Shown piece by piece: positions 28,846-39,300 of a DNA stretch of 64,000 nucleotides. The position numbers and the translations under genes are program-made. The DNA is taken from NCBI GenBank assembly GCA_049320885.1, contig JBMORA010000032.1, positions 43,794-107,793 of the forward strand, given 5' to 3'. The notes beneath the pieces are model-generated. The model did no database searches, was not told the DNA's origin, and worked only from the letters and a program-made list of their open reading frames with translations. This DNA comes from Thermodesulfobacteriota bacterium (GTDB lineage Bacteria; Desulfobacterota; Desulfobacteria; Desulfobacterales; SURF-7). The first letter of the stretch is position 1; every line of letters begins with the position of its first letter.

Positions 28846-29439
28846 CTATTCCCTGCGCATGAACAGCAACTCCACCGGCGAGAGGCCTTCTTGGATGCGG
28901 TGATGACCGTTCCCGTTGGCCTGAATTTTCTGTTTCAGGCGCTGCTGGTCCGCCGCCAGGTTCATGGTCAGGTAAAAATGCTTTTTCGGCGGACCGAACC
29001 CCATTTTACTGAAAAACCGCAGGCCGCGCTTGTTCTCCGCCGGCGTGTCCACCATCAACATCCGGACGCCTTTTTTAAGCATCATATCCTTGAAACGGTT
29101 GAATAATTTTTCGGCAACCCCCTTGCGCTGGTATTTCGGCAGCACGCCGAACCAGATGAGATAGCCGTATTTCCAGGCAGAATGGTTTTTCACGATGATG
29201 GTACCCAGGGCGAATCCGACAATGTCATCCTCGTCTTCCGCCACCAGGCAGAATTCCGTGTCGCTGTTAAAAAGCGTTGTGATTTCAAATGGGTCCCAGG
29301 TCCGGTACATGGTGGGGGTTTCGTCGGCCTTGAAAAGTTCCTCGCCCATGTGGAACACATGGGCAATGTCGTCGATCTCCATTTCCCGAATTTTGATGTT
29401 GGGACGCTTGTTCTGACTGTCCGGTTCTTCTGAATCCAT
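28846..29439 (-). CDS. GNAT family N-acetyltransferase
   Basis: IREMEIDD, VLPKYQRKGVA (acetyl-CoA binding) and ENKRGLRFFSKMGF. Confidence 0.88.
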   Translation of the reverse strand: MDSEEPDSQNKRPNIKIREMEIDDIAHVFHMGEELFKADETPTMYRTWDPFEITTLFNSDTEFCLVAEDEDDIVGFALGTIIVKNHSAWKYGYLIWFGVLPKYQRKGVAEKLFNRFKDMMLKKGVRMLMVDTPAENKRGLRFFSKMGFGPPKKHFYLTMNLAADQQRLKQKIQANGNGHHRIQEGLSPVELLFMRRE

Positions 29440-29700
29440 ACTTTCTTTCCTTGCTGCGGCTGGCTGTCCGGCCCCAAAACACGGGACCATTTCTATCCAA
29501 TGCTCTATTCAGACGATAATACCGGCCCAAGATGCGTCAAGCGGCCGGTTCTGTCAAATCCAGCCGTTTTTACAGCAAACGCCGGAGAGATTCAAACATT
29601 TTTCATGCAGGGATGTCGGAATCGGGAATGATGAACCTGGCCATTCCGTAGTCCATCGCGAGGAGCCGCTTCGCCATATTCATCTTTCCATCACCGGACG

Positions 29701-30336
29701 TCATTCGGTATTCTTGTGTTTGCACCTATCTTCGTCCAAACATGCCTGATGTTGCGAGGCTTCCTTCAAGATGCGGATGCCGCCGCGCAGCACGACAATC
29801 GCAATGAGCAGGCCGATGACCAGATCAGGGTACCGGCTGCCGAAGGCCCATACCAGAACGCCGGAGACGATAACGCCGATATTGGCGATGACGTCGTTGG
29901 TGGAAAAAATCACGGAGGCGCGCATATGTACCCCGCCGTCCCGGTGTTTGGATATGAGGAAGAGACAGACAGCATTGGCGATCAAGGCAATGGCGCCGAC
30001 CCCCATCATGAGGATGCTCACCGGTTCGCTGCCGAGGATAAACCTTCGAAGAACATCGAAGAGCACCAGCACGGCCAGCGCGATCTGGGCCATTCCGCTC
30101 CATTTGGCGGCCTTGCCCTTCAAGACCGGGCTTTTCCCGACAGCATACAGGCTGATGGAGTACACGGCGGCATCCGCGAACATGTCCAGCGAATCGGCGA
30201 TAAGGCCCGTGGATTCCGCCACCAGGCCCAGCACAAATTCCAACACAAACATGAAAGCGTTGATGCCGAGAACGATCAGCAGGGTTTTCCGCTCCTGTTC
30301 GTTCCGGGCCTCTATTTCACATCCGCAACCCGTCAT
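29701..30336 (-). CDS. Cation diffusion facilitator (CDF) family transporter, short form
   Basis: STGLIADSLDMFADA and HMRASVIFSTNDVIAN. About 6 TM segments. Confidence 0.85.
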   Translation of the reverse strand: MTGCGCEIEARNEQERKTLLIVLGINAFMFVLEFVLGLVAESTGLIADSLDMFADAAVYSISLYAVGKSPVLKGKAAKWSGMAQIALAVLVLFDVLRRFILGSEPVSILMMGVGAIALIANAVCLFLISKHRDGGVHMRASVIFSTNDVIANIGVIVSGVLVWAFGSRYPDLVIGLLIAIVVLRGGIRILKEASQHQACLDEDRCKHKNTE

Positions 30337-30481
30337 TCAAATCTCCTTTCCCCTTCATATTGCATGACATCCTGTTTTGACGCACTGGATGTTTGGTCTG
30401 GAATGTTTTTTACTATATTATCGTTACATACGGAAGAACCGTGTTGCATTAGGGGTGCAGGGTCCTTGCCACATGGTCCAT

Positions 30482-33400
30482 TCAGGAGGCGACGGCGGGA
30501 TCCGGCCCCCTATCCCGGAAACCGCTTTCGGACATGGCCGGTATCCGGATCAGAAAAACGACCCCCTGCCCCGGGGTGCTGGCGCATTCCAGGGAGCCTC
30601 CCAGGGATTTGGCAACCAGGTTGTAGAGAATATGCATGCCGAGGCCGGTGCCGCCACGGCCGCGCCTGGTGGTAAAAAACGGATCGCACATTTTTTGCAA
30701 GGTTGCCTCGTCCATACCTTTGCCGTTGTCCCTGTACGCCACGACGATCCAGTCCGCTTCCGGCCAGATATCAATGTCGATTTCACCGGCCGGCCTGTTT
30801 TCAAAACCGTGGATGATGGAGTTCATGATCAGGTTGGTGAAAATTTTATATACATATCCGGGATCGGTATACAGTTTCAGGTCCGCCGGGCAGCGGACGC
30901 TGATCCGGTGGCCGCCGGCCTGGAGTTTCGGCCGCAGGCCGACGATCAGTTCGTCGATGTAGTCCCTCAGAACGATCCAGAGGTATTGTCCGCCGCTTTT
31001 TTCTCCGGTGATTTGCTTGAAGCTGCTCACCAGGTCGGCGGCGTTCTGCAGGTTGTTGTAGATCAGACGGGAGGATTCGGCGGCGATCCGCAGATAATTG
31101 TCCAAATCCTTGCGGGAAACCCGTTCTTCGGTGAATGCCTGCCGTGCGGTGTGGGTTTTTTCTTCCAGCAGGGAGGAAGCCATCAGGCCGATCCCCAGCG
31201 GGGTATTGATTTCATGGGCCACGCCGGCCACAAGGGCGCCGAGGGCCGCCATTTTTTCCGTCTGAACCAGTTGCTCCTGGGTGTTTCGGAGGGTTTCCAG
31301 GGATTTCTGCAACTCGGCGGTGCGCTCCGCGACCCGTTGCTCCAGTTCGATATTCAAGGCGCGGATTTCCTCCTCGGCCTGCTTGCGGAGGCTGATGTCG
31401 CGGGTGACGCCGAGGATGCTGACGGGTTTGCCCTGCTCGTTCCGCAGGAAGCGCATGCTGGTTTCCACCCATACCAGCGAGCCGTCTTTCCTGATCAGTT
31501 CGATTTCCATGGTCCTGGTCCTGGCCGGATCGGCCGTGCCGAGGTCTTCCAGGGCGAATTCTTCCTGAAGGGCTTTCCGGAGGTTCGAAAGGGAATCGCC
31601 GGTCATGATATCCTCCAGGGACAAGCGCAGGGCTTCTTCCGGGGTAAATCCCCGCATCTGTCGCACCGAAGGGCTTTGATAGGTAAAACGCATCTGTGCG
31701 AGATCGAAAACCCAGATATTGTCGGAAACATTTTCCGCCAGCAGGCGGTATTTTCGCTCCGATTCCATCAAGGCCCGGGTCGTTGAGTTCAGGTTTTCAT
31801 AGAGGGCCGCGTTTTCAAGGGAGATGGCGGCCTGGGAGGCAAGCATCTTGAGGATCTCAATGCGATCGAGGGTGAAAACGCCGGGAGCCACCGTGTTTTC
31901 CAGGTAGAGAATTCCGGTCAGTTTGGAATGGCGGATCACCGGCATGCACAGCACCGATCTGGCGGAATGCCTGCGGACATAAGGATCGGCGGTATAATCC
32001 CCCTCCCGGGAGGCATCGTTCAATACGATGTGTTCCCGGGTGCGCTTGACGTAATTGACCAGCGGCACCAGGAAATCCGACCGCTGTTCCAGCGGAACCT
32101 CCTGGATGCTGGTCACCGTCTCATGAGGGCCGGTGGGATGCTCCACCCGTTCCGCTGCCACGAACAGCCGGTCGTCCTTTGCGGAAATGAACAAGACCTT
32201 GTCCGCGCCCGCATGTTCGGCGATGATCCTGGTAAGCCGCAGCAGCAGATCGCTCCAGATAATTTCCGTGGAGATGGCCTGGAGGGAATGAACCACCGTG
32301 GAATAATCCAAATGCCCCGACAGATACAGACCGTCGCCGTCCCGGAGGGGCGGTTCCGCGGCTTTCCGGATCGGTTCTCCCAGGGCGGCGGCTTTGCCCC
32401 GGACGCCCAACAAACCGTATATCCGGCAGGCTTCCCGGCGAAGACGGTTTGCCCGGTCTTCCCGATGGATGGTGTCGCAGTGGCGGGCGGCCAATTCATT
32501 GGCCAGGGCCTCTTCCAGTAAAAAACCGTTTTCCCCGGCGGCGGCGGCGGCCCGTTGGAAGGCCTGTTCCGCCTCCTCATGGGCGCCCTTGACGCGCAGC
32601 ATCTCGGCGGTCAAAAGGTCCAGGTGATGGCGGAAGTTCATCGGGGCGTGACGGGACCAACGGCCCAGTTTTCTCCGGTTGGCGCGGACCCGGCGCATGA
32701 GCCGTCGCCGTTCCGCCGCCGGCGCCTTGGCATACAAGGCCAGCCGGTTCAGCGCATCGAAAAAATAGAAAATCGCCTGGATATAGGAACTCACCACGGC
32801 TTCGATGCATGCTTCCGCCTGCCGGGAATAATCCAGGGCAAACTCGTGCTTTCCGAACAGATAGCAGAGCATGAGTTTATAGAAATACAAGGTGAAGAGC
32901 ATCGTCCGATCACCGGCGGCCCGATGGCGCGGCAGCATTTCCTGTTCCCGGTAGCTGTCTCCGGCAAGCAGACACGGCTCTTCCAGCTCGTCCCTAAGGT
33001 TCAGGAGCACCTGGTGGTGCAGCCTGGTCATGTTCAGCTGGGTCTCCTGCTTCAGGGACCGGATGGCCGCGATATATTCCCGCATTTGCGGTTCCAGCCG
33101 ATCGAGGGGCTGACCGGTGAAAAGCGAATGAAAGCAGTAAATCTGCAGCGCGAATGCCGCGAATTCGAAATCTCCGGTTTCAATGCCGCTCTGATAGGCG
33201 GTTATCAACGGATCCAGCGTGTTACGGACCGGTTCCTTCCAGTGGCGGATAAAGGTATTATAAACGAACAGGGTCTTGGCCTTCTGATTCCGGACGTTCA
33301 TTCGTTCCAGCAGCCGCAGGGCCGTGTTCCCGAAGCGATACCCGGTGTCGATGTCACCGATGCCGCAGAGGATCAGACCATACCCCGCATAATTATAGGG

Positions 33401-36178
33401 CGAAAGCGGCGTATTGCCGAAGGCGACGGAGAGGCGCACCATCTGAAACACCATGAGCGGCAACAGATTCGGCGCCGTCCAATAGACCGCCGTTGCCATC
33501 GTGGACATGATGTGAACCCGGGCCATTATCAGGCGGGAATCCATGGGCGCGAGGGTTTCCAGGCTTTCCACTGTCTTCCCCAGAAGCAGCCATTTGGTCT
33601 TCAGCAATCCGGCCACCAGATGGGGCAGGCGGGGTTTCTTCGGAAACCGGACCCCCAGCTGACCGAGGATATGAAGCCCGCCTTCCACCGCCTCCTGAAG
33701 CCTGTTCATGGCCAGGAGGGTTTTGATCCTGACCGTATGGACGGGCACCGTGTCCAGGGGCGCGAGCGCGTGCCGGAGCACCTGTACGGCCAGATTTTCC
33801 ATATCCTCGAAGGCGGTCGCGAGATAGGCGGCTTCCACGGCCTCGGTGTACAGGTCCAGGGTGAGGGCGTAATTGCGTTTCCAGCCGTCCGTGGTCATCA
33901 GGTCGACCCCGGTTTTCAGATAGTCGAAGGCCGGTGAATAGGCGGTGGACGATTTCGCCGCTTTGCCCGCCGCGAGGTTGCGTGCGGCCAGGGCCTCTTT
34001 ATCGTCATGCCGGGACAGGAGATGCCTGGCGAGATTGAGCTGATTGACGGTGAAAAAAATATGGCGCGTGGGTTCCCGGTTGGCTGTATCGCTGAAATCG
34101 AATCGTCCGATGCGCAGATGGAGTTCCGCGCGTTCCGGCTCGGAGAGAAGGAGATAAACGGACTCCTGGATGCGGTCATGGGCGAATTTGTAATACCGGT
34201 TTGCAGGAATGATCAGGCCTTCCCGGATGGCCTCCCCCAGGTCGGCCAGGATTTCCTCGATGGACCTGCCGACAAATTCGGCAATGGATTCCAGGCTGAA
34301 ACGGCTGCCGAAACAGGCGCAGGTTTTCAATAATTCCCGGGTGCTTTCCGGCAGGCGGGCGATCTTGGCGGTCATCAGGGTCGCGACATTGCGGGTTTCT
34401 CCGAGGCCTTCGATTTCCGCCTCGTCCCACCGCCATCCGGTCAGGGGATCCAGGCGGATCAGGCCGATTTCATGCGCGGTTTCCATGAATTGTTTGAGAA
34501 AAAACGGATTACCGCCGGTTTTCCGGTGGACCAATTCCGCCAGAGGCAGAGATTTCTCGGCAGTGCAATACAGGCAATTCATCAGAAACCGGTTCACATG
34601 CGCCACGCTCAAGGGATGGAGGTGCAATTCCTGCATGGCGACGCCGCAGCCGGCCAGTTTTTCCCGGATTCCCGTCAGGGGAAGCCGTTCGGCGAACTCG
34701 TCGTCCCGAAAGGCGCCGATGAAGAGGAAATGCCCGAGCCGCGGATCGGCGAGAATGCCGTTCAACAGCCACAGGCTGGCGGAGTCGGCCCATTGCAGAT
34801 CATCCAGAAAGATCACCAGTGGATGGTCCTGGGCGGCGAAGACGTTGATGAAATTCTTCATCACCAGCAGAAAGCGGTTTTGGGATTCTTCAGGCCCCAG
34901 GACGGAGGCCTCCGGCTGGGGGCCGATGATCAGGCCGATGTCCGGAAGGAATTCCGTGATCACTCCGGCATTGGATCCCAGGGCCGCGAGGAGGGCCTCC
35001 TTCCAGCGGGTGATTTTTTCCCCGCTCTGGGACAGGAGCTGCCGGATCAGGCGCTTCAGGGCCTGGGAAATGGCGTGATAGGGTGCATCCGGGTGCAACT
35101 GTTCAAACTTTCCGGAAATGAAATGTCCCTGGCAGGCGGCCACCGGCCGGTGCAGTTCGCGCACCAGGGTGGATTTGCCGATGCCGGCCTGACCGGAAAC
35201 TAGCACGGCAACCCGTTCTCCCAACCGGGCACGTTCCAACAGGGATTCGAGTCCGGCCAGTTCCGCGTCCCTGCCGAACAGGCTTTCCGGCGTTCTAAAC
35301 GAAATCGGCAAGTCATTTCCGCCCACGGGGAAGAACGCGATTTTCCCGTTTTCTCTAAGCCGTTCCCGGCATGTCCGCAAATCCATCATCAAGCCGAAAC
35401 CGTTCTGGTAACGCTCTTCCACGGCTTTGGCCAGCAGCTTCATGACAATCTCCGAAATCACGGGCGGAATGTCCGCATTGCTGTCCGAAGGGGGGAACGG
35501 TTTCCGGGCGATGTGGGCGTAGATGAGTTCCAGGGGGTCATGGAATTCAAACGGCGGGCTGCCGGTGAGCATCTCGTAGAAGACGGCGCCCACGGAGTAG
35601 AGGTCGGAGCGATGATCCACCCGGCGGCCGACCCGGCCGGATCGTTCGGGTGCCAGATACGGCAGGAGGTTGGTCAGCTCCCGGTTGCGCATCGGATTGT
35701 CACTGTCCGACCCCAGCAGACCCAGCTGATGGAAATTTGTCAGTTTGACCATCCGGTCCAAGGGTCTGACCAGGATATTTCCGGATCCGACGGCGTTATG
35801 GACAATGCCTTTCTGATGCAATCCGCCGAGGGTTTCCGCCAGGCTGATGCCGATGTCCAGAAACAGGCCGATATCCGGGCATCCACGGTCCCCGATGATC
35901 TGTTTCAGGCTTTCGCCGTTGAAATCCTCCTGGACGATCATCAGATGGCCCGGAACGAGCCGGATTTCATCCACGGCCACGATACCGGGCAATGCCAGGG
36001 CCAGCAGGGCCTCGTATTCCCGTCTGGTTCTGGCGATCTGCGAAGGGCTGGCCTGATCCGTGCGCACCAACGTCAGAATACGGTTTTCATCCGCGCCCTT
36101 TTTTCGGACCCGGTAGGTTCGCCGATGAGGACTCGCCTCAAGGGGTTCGATGATGTGGTAATCCCCTATGGTCTGCAT
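30482..36178 (-). CDS. Multidomain sensor: degenerate Ser/Thr kinase-like, AAA ATPase, GAF, PAS, histidine kinase
   Basis: YLAPERSGR/DHRSDLYS, Walker A GQAGIGKS, FLDDLQWAD, GAF (LYLEN), PAS (WVETSMR...GVTRDIS), AHEINTPLG and GTGLGM. Confidence 0.92.
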   Translation of the reverse strand: MQTIGDYHIIEPLEASPHRRTYRVRKKGADENRILTLVRTDQASPSQIARTRREYEALLALALPGIVAVDEIRLVPGHLMIVQEDFNGESLKQIIGDRGCPDIGLFLDIGISLAETLGGLHQKGIVHNAVGSGNILVRPLDRMVKLTNFHQLGLLGSDSDNPMRNRELTNLLPYLAPERSGRVGRRVDHRSDLYSVGAVFYEMLTGSPPFEFHDPLELIYAHIARKPFPPSDSNADIPPVISEIVMKLLAKAVEERYQNGFGLMMDLRTCRERLRENGKIAFFPVGGNDLPISFRTPESLFGRDAELAGLESLLERARLGERVAVLVSGQAGIGKSTLVRELHRPVAACQGHFISGKFEQLHPDAPYHAISQALKRLIRQLLSQSGEKITRWKEALLAALGSNAGVITEFLPDIGLIIGPQPEASVLGPEESQNRFLLVMKNFINVFAAQDHPLVIFLDDLQWADSASLWLLNGILADPRLGHFLFIGAFRDDEFAERLPLTGIREKLAGCGVAMQELHLHPLSVAHVNRFLMNCLYCTAEKSLPLAELVHRKTGGNPFFLKQFMETAHEIGLIRLDPLTGWRWDEAEIEGLGETRNVATLMTAKIARLPESTRELLKTCACFGSRFSLESIAEFVGRSIEEILADLGEAIREGLIIPANRYYKFAHDRIQESVYLLLSEPERAELHLRIGRFDFSDTANREPTRHIFFTVNQLNLARHLLSRHDDKEALAARNLAAGKAAKSSTAYSPAFDYLKTGVDLMTTDGWKRNYALTLDLYTEAVEAAYLATAFEDMENLAVQVLRHALAPLDTVPVHTVRIKTLLAMNRLQEAVEGGLHILGQLGVRFPKKPRLPHLVAGLLKTKWLLLGKTVESLETLAPMDSRLIMARVHIMSTMATAVYWTAPNLLPLMVFQMVRLSVAFGNTPLSPYNYAGYGLILCGIGDIDTGYRFGNTALRLLERMNVRNQKAKTLFVYNTFIRHWKEPVRNTLDPLITAYQSGIETGDFEFAAFALQIYCFHSLFTGQPLDRLEPQMREYIAAIRSLKQETQLNMTRLHHQVLLNLRDELEEPCLLAGDSYREQEMLPRHRAAGDRTMLFTLYFYKLMLCYLFGKHEFALDYSRQAEACIEAVVSSYIQAIFYFFDALNRLALYAKAPAAERRRLMRRVRANRRKLGRWSRHAPMNFRHHLDLLTAEMLRVKGAHEEAEQAFQRAAAAAGENGFLLEEALANELAARHCDTIHREDRANRLRREACRIYGLLGVRGKAAALGEPIRKAAEPPLRDGDGLYLSGHLDYSTVVHSLQAISTEIIWSDLLLRLTRIIAEHAGADKVLFISAKDDRLFVAAERVEHPTGPHETVTSIQEVPLEQRSDFLVPLVNYVKRTREHIVLNDASREGDYTADPYVRRHSARSVLCMPVIRHSKLTGILYLENTVAPGVFTLDRIEILKMLASQAAISLENAALYENLNSTTRALMESERKYRLLAENVSDNIWVFDLAQMRFTYQSPSVRQMRGFTPEEALRLSLEDIMTGDSLSNLRKALQEEFALEDLGTADPARTRTMEIELIRKDGSLVWVETSMRFLRNEQGKPVSILGVTRDISLRKQAEEEIRALNIELEQRVAERTAELQKSLETLRNTQEQLVQTEKMAALGALVAGVAHEINTPLGIGLMASSLLEEKTHTARQAFTEERVSRKDLDNYLRIAAESSRLIYNNLQNAADLVSSFKQITGEKSGGQYLWIVLRDYIDELIVGLRPKLQAGGHRISVRCPADLKLYTDPGYVYKIFTNLIMNSIIHGFENRPAGEIDIDIWPEADWIVVAYRDNGKGMDEATLQKMCDPFFTTRRGRGGTGLGMHILYNLVAKSLGGSLECASTPGQGVVFLIRIPAMSESGFRDRGPDPAVAS

Positions 36179-36297
36179 TGGGTATGCGCTGCCCGTTGAA
36201 GGGTTCGGGACGGCCGCCCGCCGGGCGCCCGCATGCCGCCGTCACGGAAAGCCGGTTGTGCATCGGAATTCATGGAATACGGCGAATGAATGGGGAA

Positions 36298-36326
36298 AAT
36301 ATACCCAACGGAACCGCCGGTGTCAA
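36298..36326 (-). promoter_or_regulatory. Sigma70-type promoter upstream of the 1898-aa sensor kinase
   Basis: Minus strand reads TTGACA-17 bp-TATATT. Confidence 0.6.
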
Positions 36327-36352
36327 GAATGCCGGCTCGAGGACGACCATCC

Positions 36353-39300
36353 TCAGCCGGCGGCCTTACGGGCGGCCGGCGGGGATTCGCCCCTGGGAAA
36401 GCGGATCACGATGTCGACGCCCTGGTTCGGCTCGCTTTTCACCTGGATATCCCCCTTGAGGGATTGGGTGACCAGGTTGTAAAGAATATGCATGCCCAGG
36501 CCGGTTCCTCCCTGGTTCCTTTTGGTGGTGAAAAACGGATCGAATATTTTTCCCAAGGTTTCCCGGTTCATCCCGCGGCCGTTGTCCCTGTATTCCATCA
36601 CCAGGGACATTTCCTCCTCCCGGACGGCAAGGACGATTTCTCCTGCCGGCATCCCGTCGAACCCATGCAGGAGCGAATTCATCACCAGGTTGGTGATGAT
36701 CTGGGACAGCACTCCGGGATAGCTGTTGATTTTCAGGTTTTCCGGGCAGTCGACCTTCACGCGATGAGCGGTTTTTTTCAATTTCGGGCGCAGGCTGTTC
36801 AGGATATCCTCGATACAGGTTATCAAGCGGAAGTCGCGCTTTTCCTCATGGGTTTGATCCACCGCCACATTCTTGAAGCTGTTGATCAGCTCTCCGGCCC
36901 GGTTCAAATTGGTGTGAATGATGCTGGCAGCCTCCATGGCGGTATCGGCGTATTTCCGGAAATCCGCTGCGGACAGCTCGCCCCGGGTGAATTTCCGGAC
37001 GTAATTCTCGGTCTTATCCCGGAGAAAGGTAGCGGCGGTGACACCGATTCCCAGCGGGGTGTTGATCTCGTGGGCGATTCCGGCCACGAGGCCTCCCAAA
37101 GCCGCCATTTTTTCCGACTGAACCAGCTGATGCTGGGCGTTCTGAAGTGCTTCCAGGGACTCCCGCAACTCGGCGGTCCGCCGGATGACGCGCTGCTCCA
37201 GGTCTGCGTTCAGCTGCTGGACTTTTTCCTCCGCTTCCAACAGGTTTTGATACAGCAGGGCGTTCTCCAGGGATATGGCGGCCTGGGAGGAAAGGAGTTG
37301 CAGAATCCCCACCCGCTCCCCCTGGAAAACCCCCGCGGTTTCACTGTTTTCCAGGTACAGCAGGCCGATCAGTTTTCCCTGGCGGATCACCGGGAGACAC
37401 AGGATCGATCTGGGACGATGCTTCTGGATGTAGGGGTCGGCGGAATACAGGGGATGCCCGCCGGCGTCGTCGATCAACAGGAAAGTGCCCGTCCGTTTCA
37501 CCTGCAGGATGGCCGGCATCAGCAAGGGGCCGGAAGGCTCCCCCATCTCCCGGCGGATCACCGTGCCGCCTCCATGGGGGGCTGTTTCGTCCATGATTCG
37601 GCGTTCGGCCTCGTACAGAAACCGGTCCTCCTTGACGATGAGAAAAACCGCCCTGTCGGCGCCGGCAATTTCGAGCATGATGGTGAGCAATTTCTCGATC
37701 AGCTGCTCCAGAATGATTTCGGTGGAAATGGCCTGGAGGGCTTTGACCACCGTCATGTAATCGAGACTCCCCGGCAGGACGGCGGAATGCGGGGGCAGCG
37801 GCCGCATGAAAATGTCCGGGTAGGCGCTTTCCAGCTGACGGGCCTTGGCGGTGGCCCCCCATTGGGCGTATTTATCCCGGGCGGCGGCCATGTAAATGTC
37901 GGCCAGGGAATGGGTTCCCCGGGAGCGATGGAATTTGGCCGCCAGCTCCAACGCCAGCGCTTCCTCGTGCAGGAATTCATTGTGATGGGCGCCTTCGATG
38001 GCCTGGCGGTATTTTTCCTCGGCCCGTTGGTTGCGGCCCCGGACGCGAAGGAATTCTGCCGTAACCAGGTCGTATTTGTGCTGGAAATTCATGGGGGCGT
38101 GGCGGGCCCAATGCCGGAGACGTTTCCGGATCCGGCCCACCTGTTTCGGCACGCTGCGTCCTCCGGCCAGGGGGGCGGCGTCCACCAGGGCCAGCCTGGC
38201 AAGGGCTTCGTAAAAATGGAAATTGGCATACACCAGCAGCCCGTTGAGGGAGTGAAGATCCCGCGCCCCTTTTTCCGCACAGCAGACCGCCTGACCGTAA
38301 GCGCCATGGAGATAATTCAGGAAAAGCTTCGCGAACTGGAGGCTGCAGACCGCCGTCCGGTCACCGGCCTCTTCATGCCGGGGCAGCATTCGGTCCTCGG
38401 AATACACGTCGCCGTTCAGGCGGCCCGGTGTCTTTTCCGCCCGCAGCAGGTTTTGAACCGTCTGGCGGCACATCAGGGCCAGCTGGAGCTGGGACTCCTG
38501 TTTCATGGACCGCAGGGTTTCCACGTGGCCCTCGATTTCCAGATCGATTTCCTCCAGGTTCATGCGGACCTGAAAAGCCGACCAGCAATAGAGCATGAGG
38601 GCATGGGCGGCGAATTCCGAGTCCCCTGATCCGATCCCCGTCCGATAGACCGCGAGGAGCTGCGGCAGGCCGTTTTCCGCGTGAATTTTCCAGTGCAGGA
38701 TGAACCCGTTGACCACCAGCCCGGTTTTGGCGGGATGGACGCTGGTTTTCAGCCGTCCCTGAAGTGCCATGGCCAACTGGCCGAAACGGAAGCCCGCCTC
38801 GATGTTTCCGGCGCTGCACAGGATCAAGCCATAGGCGGCATAGTGGTAGGGCGATCCCGGGGAAATTCCGTATCGAATGGACAGACGCGTCATTTTAGTA
38901 ACGAGCAGCGGCAGCAGGGACGGCCGGCTGTAATAGACGGCGGTGGAAATGCTTTCCATGATCCGCAGCATGGCAAGCAGCCCGGCGTCCGTCATCCGCG
39001 GTTTGTCCGCCAGTTCCTCGATGGTTTTTCCGTAAAGCGCCAGCCGGGTATGCAGCAGCCCGGAAAAGACGCTCCGGACGGACGGTTTTTCCGGGAATCT
39101 CACGCCCATGCGGCTGAGGAGTTGCAGCCCCGTTTCGACGGCTTCCTTCAAGCGATTGCGCGCCATGGAGCTGCGGATGCAGACCTCGCAGGCCCTGATG
39201 GTGTCCTCCAGGCAGCGGGCCCGGCGGATGGTTTCGGCGGTGAAGCGCTCCAGCTTTTCATAGGCGGTGGACAAATAAGCGGTTTCGGCCGCCTCATCAA

